The translations under genes were made by a program, and so were the position numbers. Below, piece after piece: positions 8,409 to 18,307 of a stretch of 32,000 bases of DNA. A model generated the notes under the pieces. The model had not been told where the DNA came from and did not search any database. It worked only from the letters and a program-made list of their open reading frames with translations. The stretch is from the NCBI GenBank assembly GCA_021498095.1, contig JAIZWK010000001.1, forward strand, positions 2,280,001-2,312,000, written 5' to 3'. The number at the start of each line of letters is the position of its first letter. Within the stretch, counting starts at the first letter, position 1. Origin of the DNA: Candidatus Harpocratesius repetitus (GTDB taxonomy: Archaea; Asgardarchaeota; Lokiarchaeia; Sigyniarchaeales; Promethearchaeaceae).

Positions 8409-10148
8409 GTGAACCATATGCGCGACCAAAAAAAAGATCAAATATGCCTTGAAAAATACGAAGAATTAAAAAAATATCCACGAATGTTCGATTGGATTGA
8501 TAGATGGGCTAAAGAAATTCCTAATAACATTGCTATTATTGAATATAATACAGGAGAAAAAATTACATGGAAAGCATTTGCAACAGCCACAAAAGCATTT
8601 GCCGCAAAATTGTTAAATATGGGATTGAGAAAAGGGGATGTTATTGCCACTTCTCTGCCGCTACTTAAAGAACATATCTATTTGATGTACGCTTGCTTCC
8701 GGATTGGTGTAATTATTGCTCCATTAGATTTACGATTAAAATTACATGAAGTAGAGCGGAATTTTGAGCGAATTCAACCAAAAGCTTATTTTACCTTAGG
8801 AAAAACAGAAGTAGTTGATTTTCGACCAATAATTACACATATTCAAGAAAAATTTGGCAGTAAAAATGGAGGAACTTGTAAATATTTTATCCAATTCCAA
8901 AAAGAAACGGACTTAATTGTTCCTGGTGCAATTGGAATTACTGAATTTGCTAAAGGGATCAAAAAAAATTATATCTTTAATGGAATAATAAAAGGAACTG
9001 TTCGTAAAGCTCAAAAGAAGGTTGGAAAACGTGATCCGATTTTAATAATATTTACTACTGGTTCGACAGGCTATCCTAAACCCGCATTGCTATGCAGTGA
9101 AAATATTCTTATTCAAAATATCGGTCTTGCTGTAGCTTTCGATTTAACGCATAAAGATGTTATGTTGGTAAATCTTCCACCTTCTCATGTTGGTTGCACA
9201 ACAGAACAATTGGCAACAACCCTTTATGGTGGTGGAACTGCCCTAATTTTGCACATTTTCAATCCTGAACACAGTTTAGATGCGATTCAAAAATATAAGG
9301 CTACTGCGATGGGGCAAATTCCTGCATTATTTGCTATGGAATGGAGGCTTCCCAATTATAACCAATATGATCTTTCATCGCTGCGTTTTGCATTATATGG
9401 TGGACAAGCTGTTACTCGTAAATTCTTAGAGCAATTATCAAAAATGGCTTCTCAGTTTGGGACAGGATTAGGTTTAACTGAAACTGCAGGATTCAATACA
9501 TATACTCCATTGGATGGAACAGTAGACGATATTTTAAGTTCCGTCGGTTTCGATATGCCTCTTTGTCCCATTAGTATTCGAGAACCTATGACAAAAGATG
9601 GTTTAGCAGGAACAGAAAAAAAACCTGGTGAAGTGGGGGAGATTTGCTTTTCGGGTAATCAAATATTTCTGGGATACCTAAACGATGAAGAAAACACCAG
9701 AAAAAACATTTCAAAAGATGGTTTTCTTTATACAGGAGATTTAGGATATTATGATGAAATGGGTCTTCATTTCTCAGGAAGGGCTAAATTACTAATTAAA
9801 CCAAAGGGATACAACGTATTTCCAACAGAAGTGGAAGAATTTATTCAAAATCGTTTCAAAAAGAAGGTTGGAAATGTATCAGTAGTGGGTGCACCGCATG
9901 AAGTTTTTACTGAAGCAATAATTGCTTTTGTTGAAAAATCTTCTCCAGAAATGGAATTGACTGTAGAAGAAATTCAAGCAGAGTTGAAAGAATTAGCTGC
10001 ATATAAACGACCTTCATATATCGAAATATTAAATCCGGGAGAAATTCCGCTAAATAGAGTGGCAAAAACGGATTACTTGAAACTGAAAGAGCGTGCTCTT
10101 GAAATAGTAAGTCGTCTAAGAGCAGAACATAAATGGGACGTAAATTAA
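8409..10148 (+). CDS. Long-chain acyl-CoA synthetase / AMP-binding (class I adenylate-forming) enzyme
   Basis: IFTTGSTGYPK (A3), GLGLTET (A5), YTGDLG (A7), GRAKLLIKPKGYNVFPTEVE (A8), C-terminal Lys (VAKTD). Confidence 0.9.
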   Translation: MNHMRDQKKDQICLEKYEELKKYPRMFDWIDRWAKEIPNNIAIIEYNTGEKITWKAFATATKAFAAKLLNMGLRKGDVIATSLPLLKEHIYLMYACFRIGVIIAPLDLRLKLHEVERNFERIQPKAYFTLGKTEVVDFRPIITHIQEKFGSKNGGTCKYFIQFQKETDLIVPGAIGITEFAKGIKKNYIFNGIIKGTVRKAQKKVGKRDPILIIFTTGSTGYPKPALLCSENILIQNIGLAVAFDLTHKDVMLVNLPPSHVGCTTEQLATTLYGGGTALILHIFNPEHSLDAIQKYKATAMGQIPALFAMEWRLPNYNQYDLSSLRFALYGGQAVTRKFLEQLSKMASQFGTGLGLTETAGFNTYTPLDGTVDDILSSVGFDMPLCPISIREPMTKDGLAGTEKKPGEVGEICFSGNQIFLGYLNDEENTRKNISKDGFLYTGDLGYYDEMGLHFSGRAKLLIKPKGYNVFPTEVEEFIQNRFKKKVGNVSVVGAPHEVFTEAIIAFVEKSSPEMELTVEEIQAELKELAAYKRPSYIEILNPGEIPLNRVAKTDYLKLKERALEIVSRLRAEHKWDVN

Positions 10149-10281
10149 ACAATTCTAAAATTTATTTTTTGATTTTTTTTCGAGCAAGTGACAATTTTTT
10201 CTGATCAAAGTTTTTCAAAAAGAATTTTGCCGTGAATAATTTTGGCAATATTTTAAATTTCCAAATATTGAAGATAAAAAA

Positions 10282-11664
10282 CAGTTCTCAACGATTCGAC
10301 AAAAATAAATAATTGAAATAGCATGATTATCTAGTGTTTGCATCAACGAGAATAAATTAAATGGATACTTGAGTTATTATATGAGCATAAAAACTCAAGC
10401 CGTGCATCGAATTTCACGATTCGGTACACGTTATCCATATTTTAATAAGATTTCGTTCTTCAAAAATCTTGCGAAATCGATTCGACATACTTTGAACCTT
10501 TCAAATCAACGTATTGGGCGCAAATGGAGTTTAGATGAAATTTTGACGGTTCTCTGCTATTGTTGGATTCGTGGTGTCTCAATTCATCATGCCTCCGAAA
10601 AATTGGAACGGTGGGCATCTAAATTTTTGAACTTTCAACCAAAAATATTTCATGATGGACGAAAATCACGCGCTTTTCCGCACCAAACAACAATTAATGA
10701 TTGGTTACGTACCCAATCACCTGAAAAAATCGAGGAAATCTATCGAATTGTGTTTGAAAAAATGATTCAGCGTGTATTTCTAAAAAATCCTGATCGAACT
10801 GGTTATGTTTTAGAATTTGACCTTACATACTTAGGATATTGGGGAAAACGGAGGGATGCGCTGATCAAAGGAAGTCGGATGGTTAAAGGTACCAGACGAA
10901 TTCGTCATTATCATGGTGCGCTCATTCATGGAAATTCTACTTCATTATTTATTGGTTGCCATCATGTTGCCAATCGAGAGTCGAAAATCCTTTTTATGCT
11001 AAAAATTGTGGAATGGCTCCAATATTTAGGTCTAAAAATAAAGATTTGTGTCATAGATCGCGAATATTATCGACACGATATTTTGAGATCATTTAAAGAT
11101 CGTGATGTTTCTGTTGTCACTCCTGCTAAAAATTATAAACAGCTGAAACTGGCCAAAGAACAGTATTTAAAAGGTGAAAAGGGCCGAATTCAGACATATT
11201 TCATAAGACCTAAATCAACTAATAATCGAAATAAGAAATTGATGCGCAATTGGGTACATTTATATCCAAGAGGTAATCAATCTTTAGGTGAAATAAAAAC
11301 CGCTTATCGACAAGGATGTCTAAGTTTAGCAGAGGCATCCGAGCAAATTTATGGTTTAATTACCACTATTGCGCCACAATATCGCTCGAAATCGTTCGTG
11401 TATTTGATCAAGCGTTATTACAAAATGAGATGGCAGATCGAAACCGCTTTTCGCGATGTGGAGGTGCATAAAGGAATTTGGCGGTCAAACAACGATGCAA
11501 CTCGACTCTTTGCTGAAATGGGGAAATATCTGCTCTTTAATATGTGGCAATTCGAACGAGATCAAATTCGCCCAGAGAGACGTTTGACCTTTCAAGAGTT
11601 TCGAGATTGGCTTGTAGATGAAATTTCTCAGACAATTAACCTCTAAATCTTCAAATTTCGACTG
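10282..11664 (+). mobile_element. ISH3-like (IS4 superfamily) insertion sequence; boundaries tentative
   Basis: Contains the DDE transposase at 10369..11646. Putative termini CAGT (10282) ... ACTG (11664) give a 1383-bp element. The inverted repeat beyond 4 bp is poor; flanks are aaaaa / aaaca. Confidence 0.5.
10369..11646 (+). CDS. DDE transposase, ISH3/IS4-like
   Basis: EFDLTYLGYWG (D1), VIDREYY (D2), YYKMRWQIETAFRDVE (YREK-type E motif). Confidence 0.85.
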   Translation: MSYYMSIKTQAVHRISRFGTRYPYFNKISFFKNLAKSIRHTLNLSNQRIGRKWSLDEILTVLCYCWIRGVSIHHASEKLERWASKFLNFQPKIFHDGRKSRAFPHQTTINDWLRTQSPEKIEEIYRIVFEKMIQRVFLKNPDRTGYVLEFDLTYLGYWGKRRDALIKGSRMVKGTRRIRHYHGALIHGNSTSLFIGCHHVANRESKILFMLKIVEWLQYLGLKIKICVIDREYYRHDILRSFKDRDVSVVTPAKNYKQLKLAKEQYLKGEKGRIQTYFIRPKSTNNRNKKLMRNWVHLYPRGNQSLGEIKTAYRQGCLSLAEASEQIYGLITTIAPQYRSKSFVYLIKRYYKMRWQIETAFRDVEVHKGIWRSNNDATRLFAEMGKYLLFNMWQFERDQIRPERRLTFQEFRDWLVDEISQTINL

Positions 11665-11731
11665 AAACAAAAAAGGAAGGAAAGAAAATGTAAAAAACAT
11701 TATTTCATTGGGAACTGAAAAATGGAAAATT

Positions 11732-12606
11732 ATGGAAAATAATAATAACAAAAATAATAAAGATTATTCGTTTGATTTAAATTCTCCTCAAGCAACTCTT
11801 ATGCTTCCTTTATGGGGTCGAGCAGAGTGTACTAACATTGATTCAGATATTATTTCTGACCCATTTGCAGTGGAAATATTACCAAAACTTTTAAAAAAAT
11901 TCAAAGTAGATATTTCAACTATCAAAAAGAAGCTCCGAAACAAAATGGAATATATGTATCTTGTATTTTCAGCCAGAGCTTACACGTTTGATTTAACAAT
12001 AAAGCATTTTTGTCTCAATATCCAAATGCAACCATTGTGAATCTTGGTGCAGGATTAGACACAACCTTTCAAAGAATAGATAACGGAAAAATTCAGTGGT
12101 ATGATTTAGATCTCCCAGATGTAATAAAATTAAGAAGAGAATGGATTCCAGAAACCGATAGAAATCATTATATTGCTTGTTCAATACTTGATGAAAAATG
12201 GATGGAAGAAATTCAATACGATCCCGAGCAAGGCTTATTCTTTATGGCAGGAGGATTAATGATGTACTTCCATTCAAAGGAAGTGCGTTTGATACTCCAG
12301 CGTATGGCTGAAAAATTTCCTGGAGCTCAAATGATGTTCGAAGGAGTATCGAAAAAAGGTTTGGAAATAACAAATAAGCAAACAATGAAATCAAAGAAAA
12401 CTGGAATGTTATGGTATTACTATTTTCCTAATCCAAAATCTCCACTGCAAGAACATTCAGATATTCTTGAAGTTATTGAGTTTTTTCCTTATTGGGGGAA
12501 AATTCATCCGAAAAAATCATGGCAGTTTCGAACTCGATTGCTTATTAAAATCTCAACAAAACTTGACTTGTCCTATTTTGTATACTTTCAATTTGAATCT
12601 ATTTAA
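11732..12606 (+). pseudogene. Class I SAM-dependent methyltransferase (TcmP/LCM-like O-methyltransferase), split by a 1-nt deficit in a T5 run at 12008-12012; may be a sequencing error
   Basis: N-part TLMLPLWGRAE...ARAYTFDLTIKHF continues as LSQYPNATIVNLGAGLDTTFQRIDNGKIQWYDLDLPDV if one T is added; joined length 291 aa. Confidence 0.8.
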
Positions 12607-12651
12607 AGATATCGAACTAAGTATTAAAAAGTAGGGGAAAGTGAACTTTTT

Positions 12652-15147
12652 TTATTCTGTTAACATTCTTCTGAGTACTTTACCGACAAATGATTTTGGA
12701 AGTTCTTCACGAAATTCAATTTCCCATGGAACTGCATATTCTTCCAATCGTCGATGACACAATTCAAGCAGTTCTTCTTTAGTTAGCGTTGTTCCCTTGC
12801 GTGGAACAACAAATGCTTTAATTTTTTGCTTATTTGGTCCTGCTTCAATTCCAACAACCGCGGCTTCCATTACATTACTGTTCTCATATAGAACTTCTTC
12901 CACGTCTCTGGGAAAAACGCTGAATTCTCCCGCCATAATTGTATCACGCTTACGACTGATGATTTTAAAAAAACCATCTGAATCCATTACTGAAACATCG
13001 CCTGTATAAAGCCATCCTTCTTTTATTTTACAACCTGAATTATTATTATTATTCGTTTTCCAATAACCTTGCATAATTTGTGGACCTTTAATCACAAGTT
13101 CGCCAATTTTATTTGGGGGCAAATCTTCACCTGTAATTAAATCAACTATTTTTGCTTGAGTATTTGAAATAGGAATTCCAATACTACCAACCTTTGAACT
13201 TTTCTTAAAAGGATTAATATGGGTAACTGGACTAGCTTCTGTCAAACCATACCCTTCAACTAAACGTCCATGGGTCAATTTTTCAAAAGCTTCCTGTACT
13301 TCAATAGGAAGAGGTGCTGCACCACTAATACATGCCTTTATTGAAGATAATCCGAATTGTCTAATATTTGGTATAGAATTAATGGCCATGTAAATACTAG
13401 GCACACCAGGAAAGATTGTTGGTTTATATTTTTTAATATGATATAGAACTTGCTTTAATTCAAAAACAGATAACAAAACCAAGGTTGCTCCAATTGCTAA
13501 TGCCAAGTTCATTGTAATAGTCATGCCGTATGAATGGCTGAGTGGAAGAACGTTTAGAAATGTTTCGCGCCCCCATTTTATCTTAGGGATCCAATGTCTA
13601 GTTTGAAAAACATTTGCAACCAAGTTAAAATGCGAGAGACGAACTCCTTTTGGCTCGTCTGTCGTTCCACTAGTAAATAGGATACAAGCTAGATCATTAG
13701 CTAATACTTTAACCTCCAATGGTTCTACTGATGAGGATTTTAACAAATCCTCCAAATTTAATCCGAATTTTCCTTGAAATTCACCAGTTTTAATAAGTCC
13801 TGCTAATTTCCAACGAAGGATAAGTTGTTGATAAACTTCAGCAGATACATAATTCTGAATATTAGTAAAAATCATATGTACTTGTACCTGCTCGTAAACA
13901 ACATGAGCGAGCTCGCTGAATGCACTTAAAACAACTAATACCTTCGCTTGAGTTTGTTTTAATTGACTAATGATCGTAGGAGCGTCTGCATCAGGATTAG
14001 GTAAAACTACCACAGCACCAAGCTTTAATATGCCATAATAACAAAAAATCATCTGTGGCATATTAGGAAGTACAATCATTACCCGGTCACCTTTTCCTAC
14101 TCCTAAATTTTGAAGTGCATGGGCGAATTGATTTGTATATTTATCTAATTCTGCATAACTTATGGTTGAATCATAAAAAACAGTTGCAATTTTATCTGGA
14201 ACCCATTGTGCTGTTGTTTCAAGAAATTTAAAAAGTGGTTTACGTGGAATTGGAATAAAAGGAGGTGTATGATCACCATAACTTCGGATCCATGGGAAAT
14301 CTGGCATTCCTTCTTCCAATATATCTTGATCACGCCAAGATTTTAATTCTTTAGAGGATACTGCAGTGATGAATCGTTCAATTGCTCTATTTACGGCTCG
14401 ATGTCTTTCAAGTTGGACTTTATGCTTGGATGCTCCGATGTTGATTACTTCTGCATTAGGAATTTTCTTGCAAACATCTTCAAACACCCATCTGGGAAAA
14501 TACCTATCTTCTGCACCTGTTATGATCAAAGTTGGAACGTTAATTTTTTCTAAAAGATCCCATCCTTTCCAAATTTGCATATTATTTACATTCATTCGCT
14601 TCAATACATGAGGTTCAGCATTCCATCGAGGTCTGTATTTCCAAAGAGGTTTTATTAACCATAAGGGTATTTTATTCGCCATTTTAGCGGGTTTCGATAG
14701 AGGGTATTCTCCAGCAGTGGAAAGAAGTATCAATTTTTCTATGCGTTCTGGATATTTTGATACAAATTCAACACAAATTGAACCTCCAAAAGAATGACCG
14801 ATAAGTATAAATTTTTCTGGAAAATTTCGCTCTCGTAAAACATTGTCCAAATCTGCAACTATTTCTTCCATGGTATAATCAGAATCGGGTGCATCACTTT
14901 GACCGTGCCCCCTTAAATCAGGGATCAATAAACGATATTTCAAAAATGCATTTATCTGATATTCCCAAGTTTCAGCACAACCCGCAAACCCGTGAACAAA
15001 TAAAATTGATTCTTTCGCTCCTTCAGGAAATATATCTACAACACTTAAAAACTGTCCTGGTTTATCGTGTATTGGTACTTTTTCTCTATATAAATCTAAA
15101 TCCAGTCGATGTAATCGTTTTCCTAATCCTCTAAGTTTCTTTTTCAT
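12652..15147 (-). CDS. Fusion: N-terminal alpha/beta hydrolase + C-terminal long-chain-fatty-acid--CoA ligase
   Basis: FVHGFAG, PDLRGHGQS, GHSFGG (Ser), GAED (Asp), SKHKVQLE (His); then LFTSGTTDEPKGV, VEGYGLTEASP, YTGDV, LPKSFVGKVLRR. Confidence 0.9.
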   Translation of the reverse strand: MKKKLRGLGKRLHRLDLDLYREKVPIHDKPGQFLSVVDIFPEGAKESILFVHGFAGCAETWEYQINAFLKYRLLIPDLRGHGQSDAPDSDYTMEEIVADLDNVLRERNFPEKFILIGHSFGGSICVEFVSKYPERIEKLILLSTAGEYPLSKPAKMANKIPLWLIKPLWKYRPRWNAEPHVLKRMNVNNMQIWKGWDLLEKINVPTLIITGAEDRYFPRWVFEDVCKKIPNAEVINIGASKHKVQLERHRAVNRAIERFITAVSSKELKSWRDQDILEEGMPDFPWIRSYGDHTPPFIPIPRKPLFKFLETTAQWVPDKIATVFYDSTISYAELDKYTNQFAHALQNLGVGKGDRVMIVLPNMPQMIFCYYGILKLGAVVVLPNPDADAPTIISQLKQTQAKVLVVLSAFSELAHVVYEQVQVHMIFTNIQNYVSAEVYQQLILRWKLAGLIKTGEFQGKFGLNLEDLLKSSSVEPLEVKVLANDLACILFTSGTTDEPKGVRLSHFNLVANVFQTRHWIPKIKWGRETFLNVLPLSHSYGMTITMNLALAIGATLVLLSVFELKQVLYHIKKYKPTIFPGVPSIYMAINSIPNIRQFGLSSIKACISGAAPLPIEVQEAFEKLTHGRLVEGYGLTEASPVTHINPFKKSSKVGSIGIPISNTQAKIVDLITGEDLPPNKIGELVIKGPQIMQGYWKTNNNNNSGCKIKEGWLYTGDVSVMDSDGFFKIISRKRDTIMAGEFSVFPRDVEEVLYENSNVMEAAVVGIEAGPNKQKIKAFVVPRKGTTLTKEELLELCHRRLEEYAVPWEIEFREELPKSFVGKVLRRMLTE

Positions 15148-15324
15148 CTTTGAAATCCCGTTTCTTGTGTAAGGATGCTTCCAAGTGGTATTTTAATTCA
15201 AAAAAAAACAAAGTTTCTTGGAAGCTAGAACTCAATTTTGTAGAGTCCAGCCCAAAACATTATTTAGTTATTTTCAAATTACTATGATTAAGTATATAAA
15301 TTTTATTGGAATTTTTGATAAAAA

Positions 15325-16221
15325 ATGATTTTTCTTTTCGTAAGTGCCCATCCGGATGATTTAGAGTTCAGTTGTGCTAATTTAATCCGCTATTTAGCTC
15401 AAAAAGGTCATGAAGTAAAAATATTGTGTTTGACAAAAGGAGAATTCGGTATTTTTGATCAAGATTGGATTGGTCCTCGGTTAGCACGTATTCGTGTTCA
15501 AGAACTTCAAAAAGCGGCTAAGATTAATGCTATTCCTCCTGAAAAGATATTTTTTGGTGAATTTATTGATGGTTTTCTTAAATTTACTTCAGAAAGTGTA
15601 AGTGAAATTATTTCGTGGTTGAATCGACTACAACCTGATATTGTTTTTGCCCCAGAAGCTTTTTATGCGTATTATTTTCAAACAGATCATATCAACTGTG
15701 GAAAAATCATGTATTATATTTTCCAATCTTGTCAAGATCGGTTACTTAAGCCGATTCGAAGTCTATTTTTTTACAATACATTGAATCCTAACTTTTGGTG
15801 GCCGTTTAATGATTCAACATTAGGAAAACAATCTTTTCTCCAGCATAGAAGTCAATGGTGGTTTATTCGTTGGATTATGTTATTTTATTCATTAGATAAA
15901 GTGAATTTTTGGTGGAAACGGTTGGGACCATGGAAATATGCAGAAAGATATCGTCGTATTTCCAAAATTTCTGTGGTTCATAACAATACTGCGGAAATTT
16001 CAGGTGATGATACTCTAATTAAAATAACAAATAGCGATTCTATGGATTCTATGAATTCAAATAATTCAAGTATTGGATCTATGATATTCAATCGAATTTT
16101 AAGTTTAATCTCACATCTACCTGCTTTTAATCCAACACGAGAACGTTATAAAGTTGAAAAAGCTTCATCTGAATTTGCTCAGAAAATAGAAAAACTGTGT
16201 GATCGCTTTTATCCTGAGTAA
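15325..16221 (+). CDS. PIG-L/LmbE family deacetylase
   Basis: SAHPDDLEF, LTKGEFG, RVQELQKAA, TDHINCG motifs. Confidence 0.85.
   Translation: MIFLFVSAHPDDLEFSCANLIRYLAQKGHEVKILCLTKGEFGIFDQDWIGPRLARIRVQELQKAAKINAIPPEKIFFGEFIDGFLKFTSESVSEIISWLNRLQPDIVFAPEAFYAYYFQTDHINCGKIMYYIFQSCQDRLLKPIRSLFFYNTLNPNFWWPFNDSTLGKQSFLQHRSQWWFIRWIMLFYSLDKVNFWWKRLGPWKYAERYRRISKISVVHNNTAEISGDDTLIKITNSDSMDSMNSNNSSIGSMIFNRILSLISHLPAFNPTRERYKVEKASSEFAQKIEKLCDRFYPE
16036..16071. repeat. In-frame 9-bp tandem repeat inside the PIG-L gene
   Basis: gattctatg/gattctatg/aattcaaat/aattcaagt encoding DSM-DSM-NSN-NSS. Confidence 0.7.
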
Positions 16222-16247
16222 TTTATTGATTAATCTTAAGTGATTTT

Positions 16248-16397
16248 TTAAGTAATAATTTTATTTTTGTTTTGAGGAATTTGTCGCAAAAATTGAAGAG
16301 ATTTAGGAATTTTTGGAAGAGGACTTAAGCTAAGTTTATCGATCTCTTTTATCCAATCAATTTTTGAAGTATAAAGTTCTTTTTTAAAATTTTGCAT
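16248..16397 (-). CDS. Possible small ORF (49 aa)
   Basis: My translation MQNFKKELYTSKIDWIKEIDKLSLSPLPKIPKSLQFLRQIPQNKNKIIT*; no family recognised. Confidence 0.2.
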   Translation of the reverse strand: MQNFKKELYTSKIDWIKEIDKLSLSPLPKIPKSLQFLRQIPQNKNKIIT

Positions 16398-16748
16398 TCT
16401 GATATTACAAATTATCTAAGATATTTTATCAATTCATTAAGATGAATGAAATGAGATTGCAGAAATCTTACTTTATACGATTTAAAACTATGAAGAACAT
16501 TATAGATGAATATTTACACTTTGAATTAAGATCCTCTAATCTTTTAATAAAAACAATGAACATCTAAAAGATGTACATTAATAAAAAAAAAGTAAAGAAA
16601 ATCAGAAAAAAGTAATTGCGAATTTTTTTCCCTTTTTATTTCATCTGCACAATTTTACGTGTTCAACGCCGCTAAGTGTAGTAGTTTCTGATATAGAGTG
16701 AATGAAATTAAATGAATTGAAGATTTTTAAAAATTCAATGTTGGATGA

Positions 16749-18191
16749 TCAACCTTGATTAAAAATTTTTTTGCTGTTGATAAGTTTTTTTTCTTTTTCA
16801 GTATGAATCTCAAGAATCTTTGTTTGAATTGTCTTTAGATACTCCCCTTTAAGTGGGTAAAAACAGAGAATTATTGCTCCAATTATAAGAACTATTCCGG
16901 GTATAACTCCAACAAATAACCGAATTCCTAAAAATACTTTTGGATCTTGATCAAGTTTTATCTGTCCATTATTTTCTTCACGACTTACAAAATTTGCCCA
17001 AGCTAAAATCCAAGCAACTATTCCCGTGGCTAATGATTGAGCTGGTTTTGTTATTAGGGCATTTACTCCAAAGAACATTGCCTCCCTACGAACTCCTGAA
17101 TTTATTTCATCTTCATCTGCTACTTGTGCAAAGAGAACATTCGTTAATACTTGGGGCCCCGATAAACCAAATCCTGCAACAAATAAGATGGGATAAATTA
17201 AGGTATTAGAATCAATAATAATTGAACATAATGCAACTCCTGCAATCACTAAAAGGATCTGTTGAGCTTTAACGACTCCTATTCGCTTCGCTAATAGATT
17301 TGCAAAGAACACTCCTAAAATCAATCCTAAAAAGAGTGCAATTAAAACAAACATTGAATCAACCTGAAGAACATAATCAGCTAAGAAAAATAATGAACCT
17401 ACAACTAAAGATTGCATTAGAATGGACATAAAATTTGCTGCAACAAGAATATTAAATGATTTACTTTTAAAAGTGAATTTGATTGAATCTCGCAGATTAA
17501 GGGGTTCATCTATTATAGTAAATTCAGGTCGCTCTTTAACCCACATTGCAGTAATAAAAACAAAAATTCCACCAATAATCCCAATTACAACAATACCAAT
17601 ATAAAGAGGTGTTAAACTTGTATTTTCTTCTCCAGGAAGTAGATATCCAGGAACTAAAAATCCAAGAATTGTTCCAAATAGCCCCAAAATCGAAGAATAG
17701 GTCTGAAGAGAGCCGCGTTCTGCTTCATCTTCTGTAATTTCTGGTAATAATGCTGAATATACTAATCCTACAATTGTATAAGCAGTATCATATAATAATA
17801 TCGCTAATAGCATCCACCAAAATTTAGCAATTTCCTGCCAATTTGGAGGAACAAGCCATAATGTGATAAAAAAGAGCGCTAAAAATGGAGCAGAAAATTT
17901 CATAAATGGTACTCGTCTACCTTTCTCTCCCTTTGTAGAATCTGAAATGAATCCAAATAGAGGATCGTTCAATGCATTCCAAATTGCGTATAAAATCATT
18001 GCAATTGTAATAAGGTTCTTTCCAACACCCATTATATCGATATAGAATACATTAAATAATGCACCATAACTATTAGAAATCATTGCACTGCCAAAAGCAG
18101 CCATAGACCAAATTAATTTTTCTTTTACTGAATATTTTCGAGCCAATAAGGTTTTCTTTGTATTATCATTCAATTTAATCAATCCATGCAA
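16749..18191 (-). CDS. MFS transporter, glycoside-pentoside-hexuronide (MelB/GPH) type; start codon uncertain
   Basis: IWNALNDPLFGFISDST...GRRVPF, LYDTAYT...YSALLPEIT, QVADEDE...GVRREAMFFG; about 12 TM segments. Confidence 0.88.
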   Translation of the reverse strand: MHGLIKLNDNTKKTLLARKYSVKEKLIWSMAAFGSAMISNSYGALFNVFYIDIMGVGKNLITIAMILYAIWNALNDPLFGFISDSTKGEKGRRVPFMKFSAPFLALFFITLWLVPPNWQEIAKFWWMLLAILLYDTAYTIVGLVYSALLPEITEDEAERGSLQTYSSILGLFGTILGFLVPGYLLPGEENTSLTPLYIGIVVIGIIGGIFVFITAMWVKERPEFTIIDEPLNLRDSIKFTFKSKSFNILVAANFMSILMQSLVVGSLFFLADYVLQVDSMFVLIALFLGLILGVFFANLLAKRIGVVKAQQILLVIAGVALCSIIIDSNTLIYPILFVAGFGLSGPQVLTNVLFAQVADEDEINSGVRREAMFFGVNALITKPAQSLATGIVAWILAWANFVSREENNGQIKLDQDPKVFLGIRLFVGVIPGIVLIIGAIILCFYPLKGEYLKTIQTKILEIHTEKEKKLINSKKIFNQG

Positions 18192-18307
18192 TTTTATTGT
18201 ATCACAAACAACTAAATATTAAACTTGTTAGTGTTAGTTGGTCTTTATTGGTAATAAAAGTTAATTTTAACCGACGAATTTATTTTTCATTTAATATATT
18301 TAAAATC

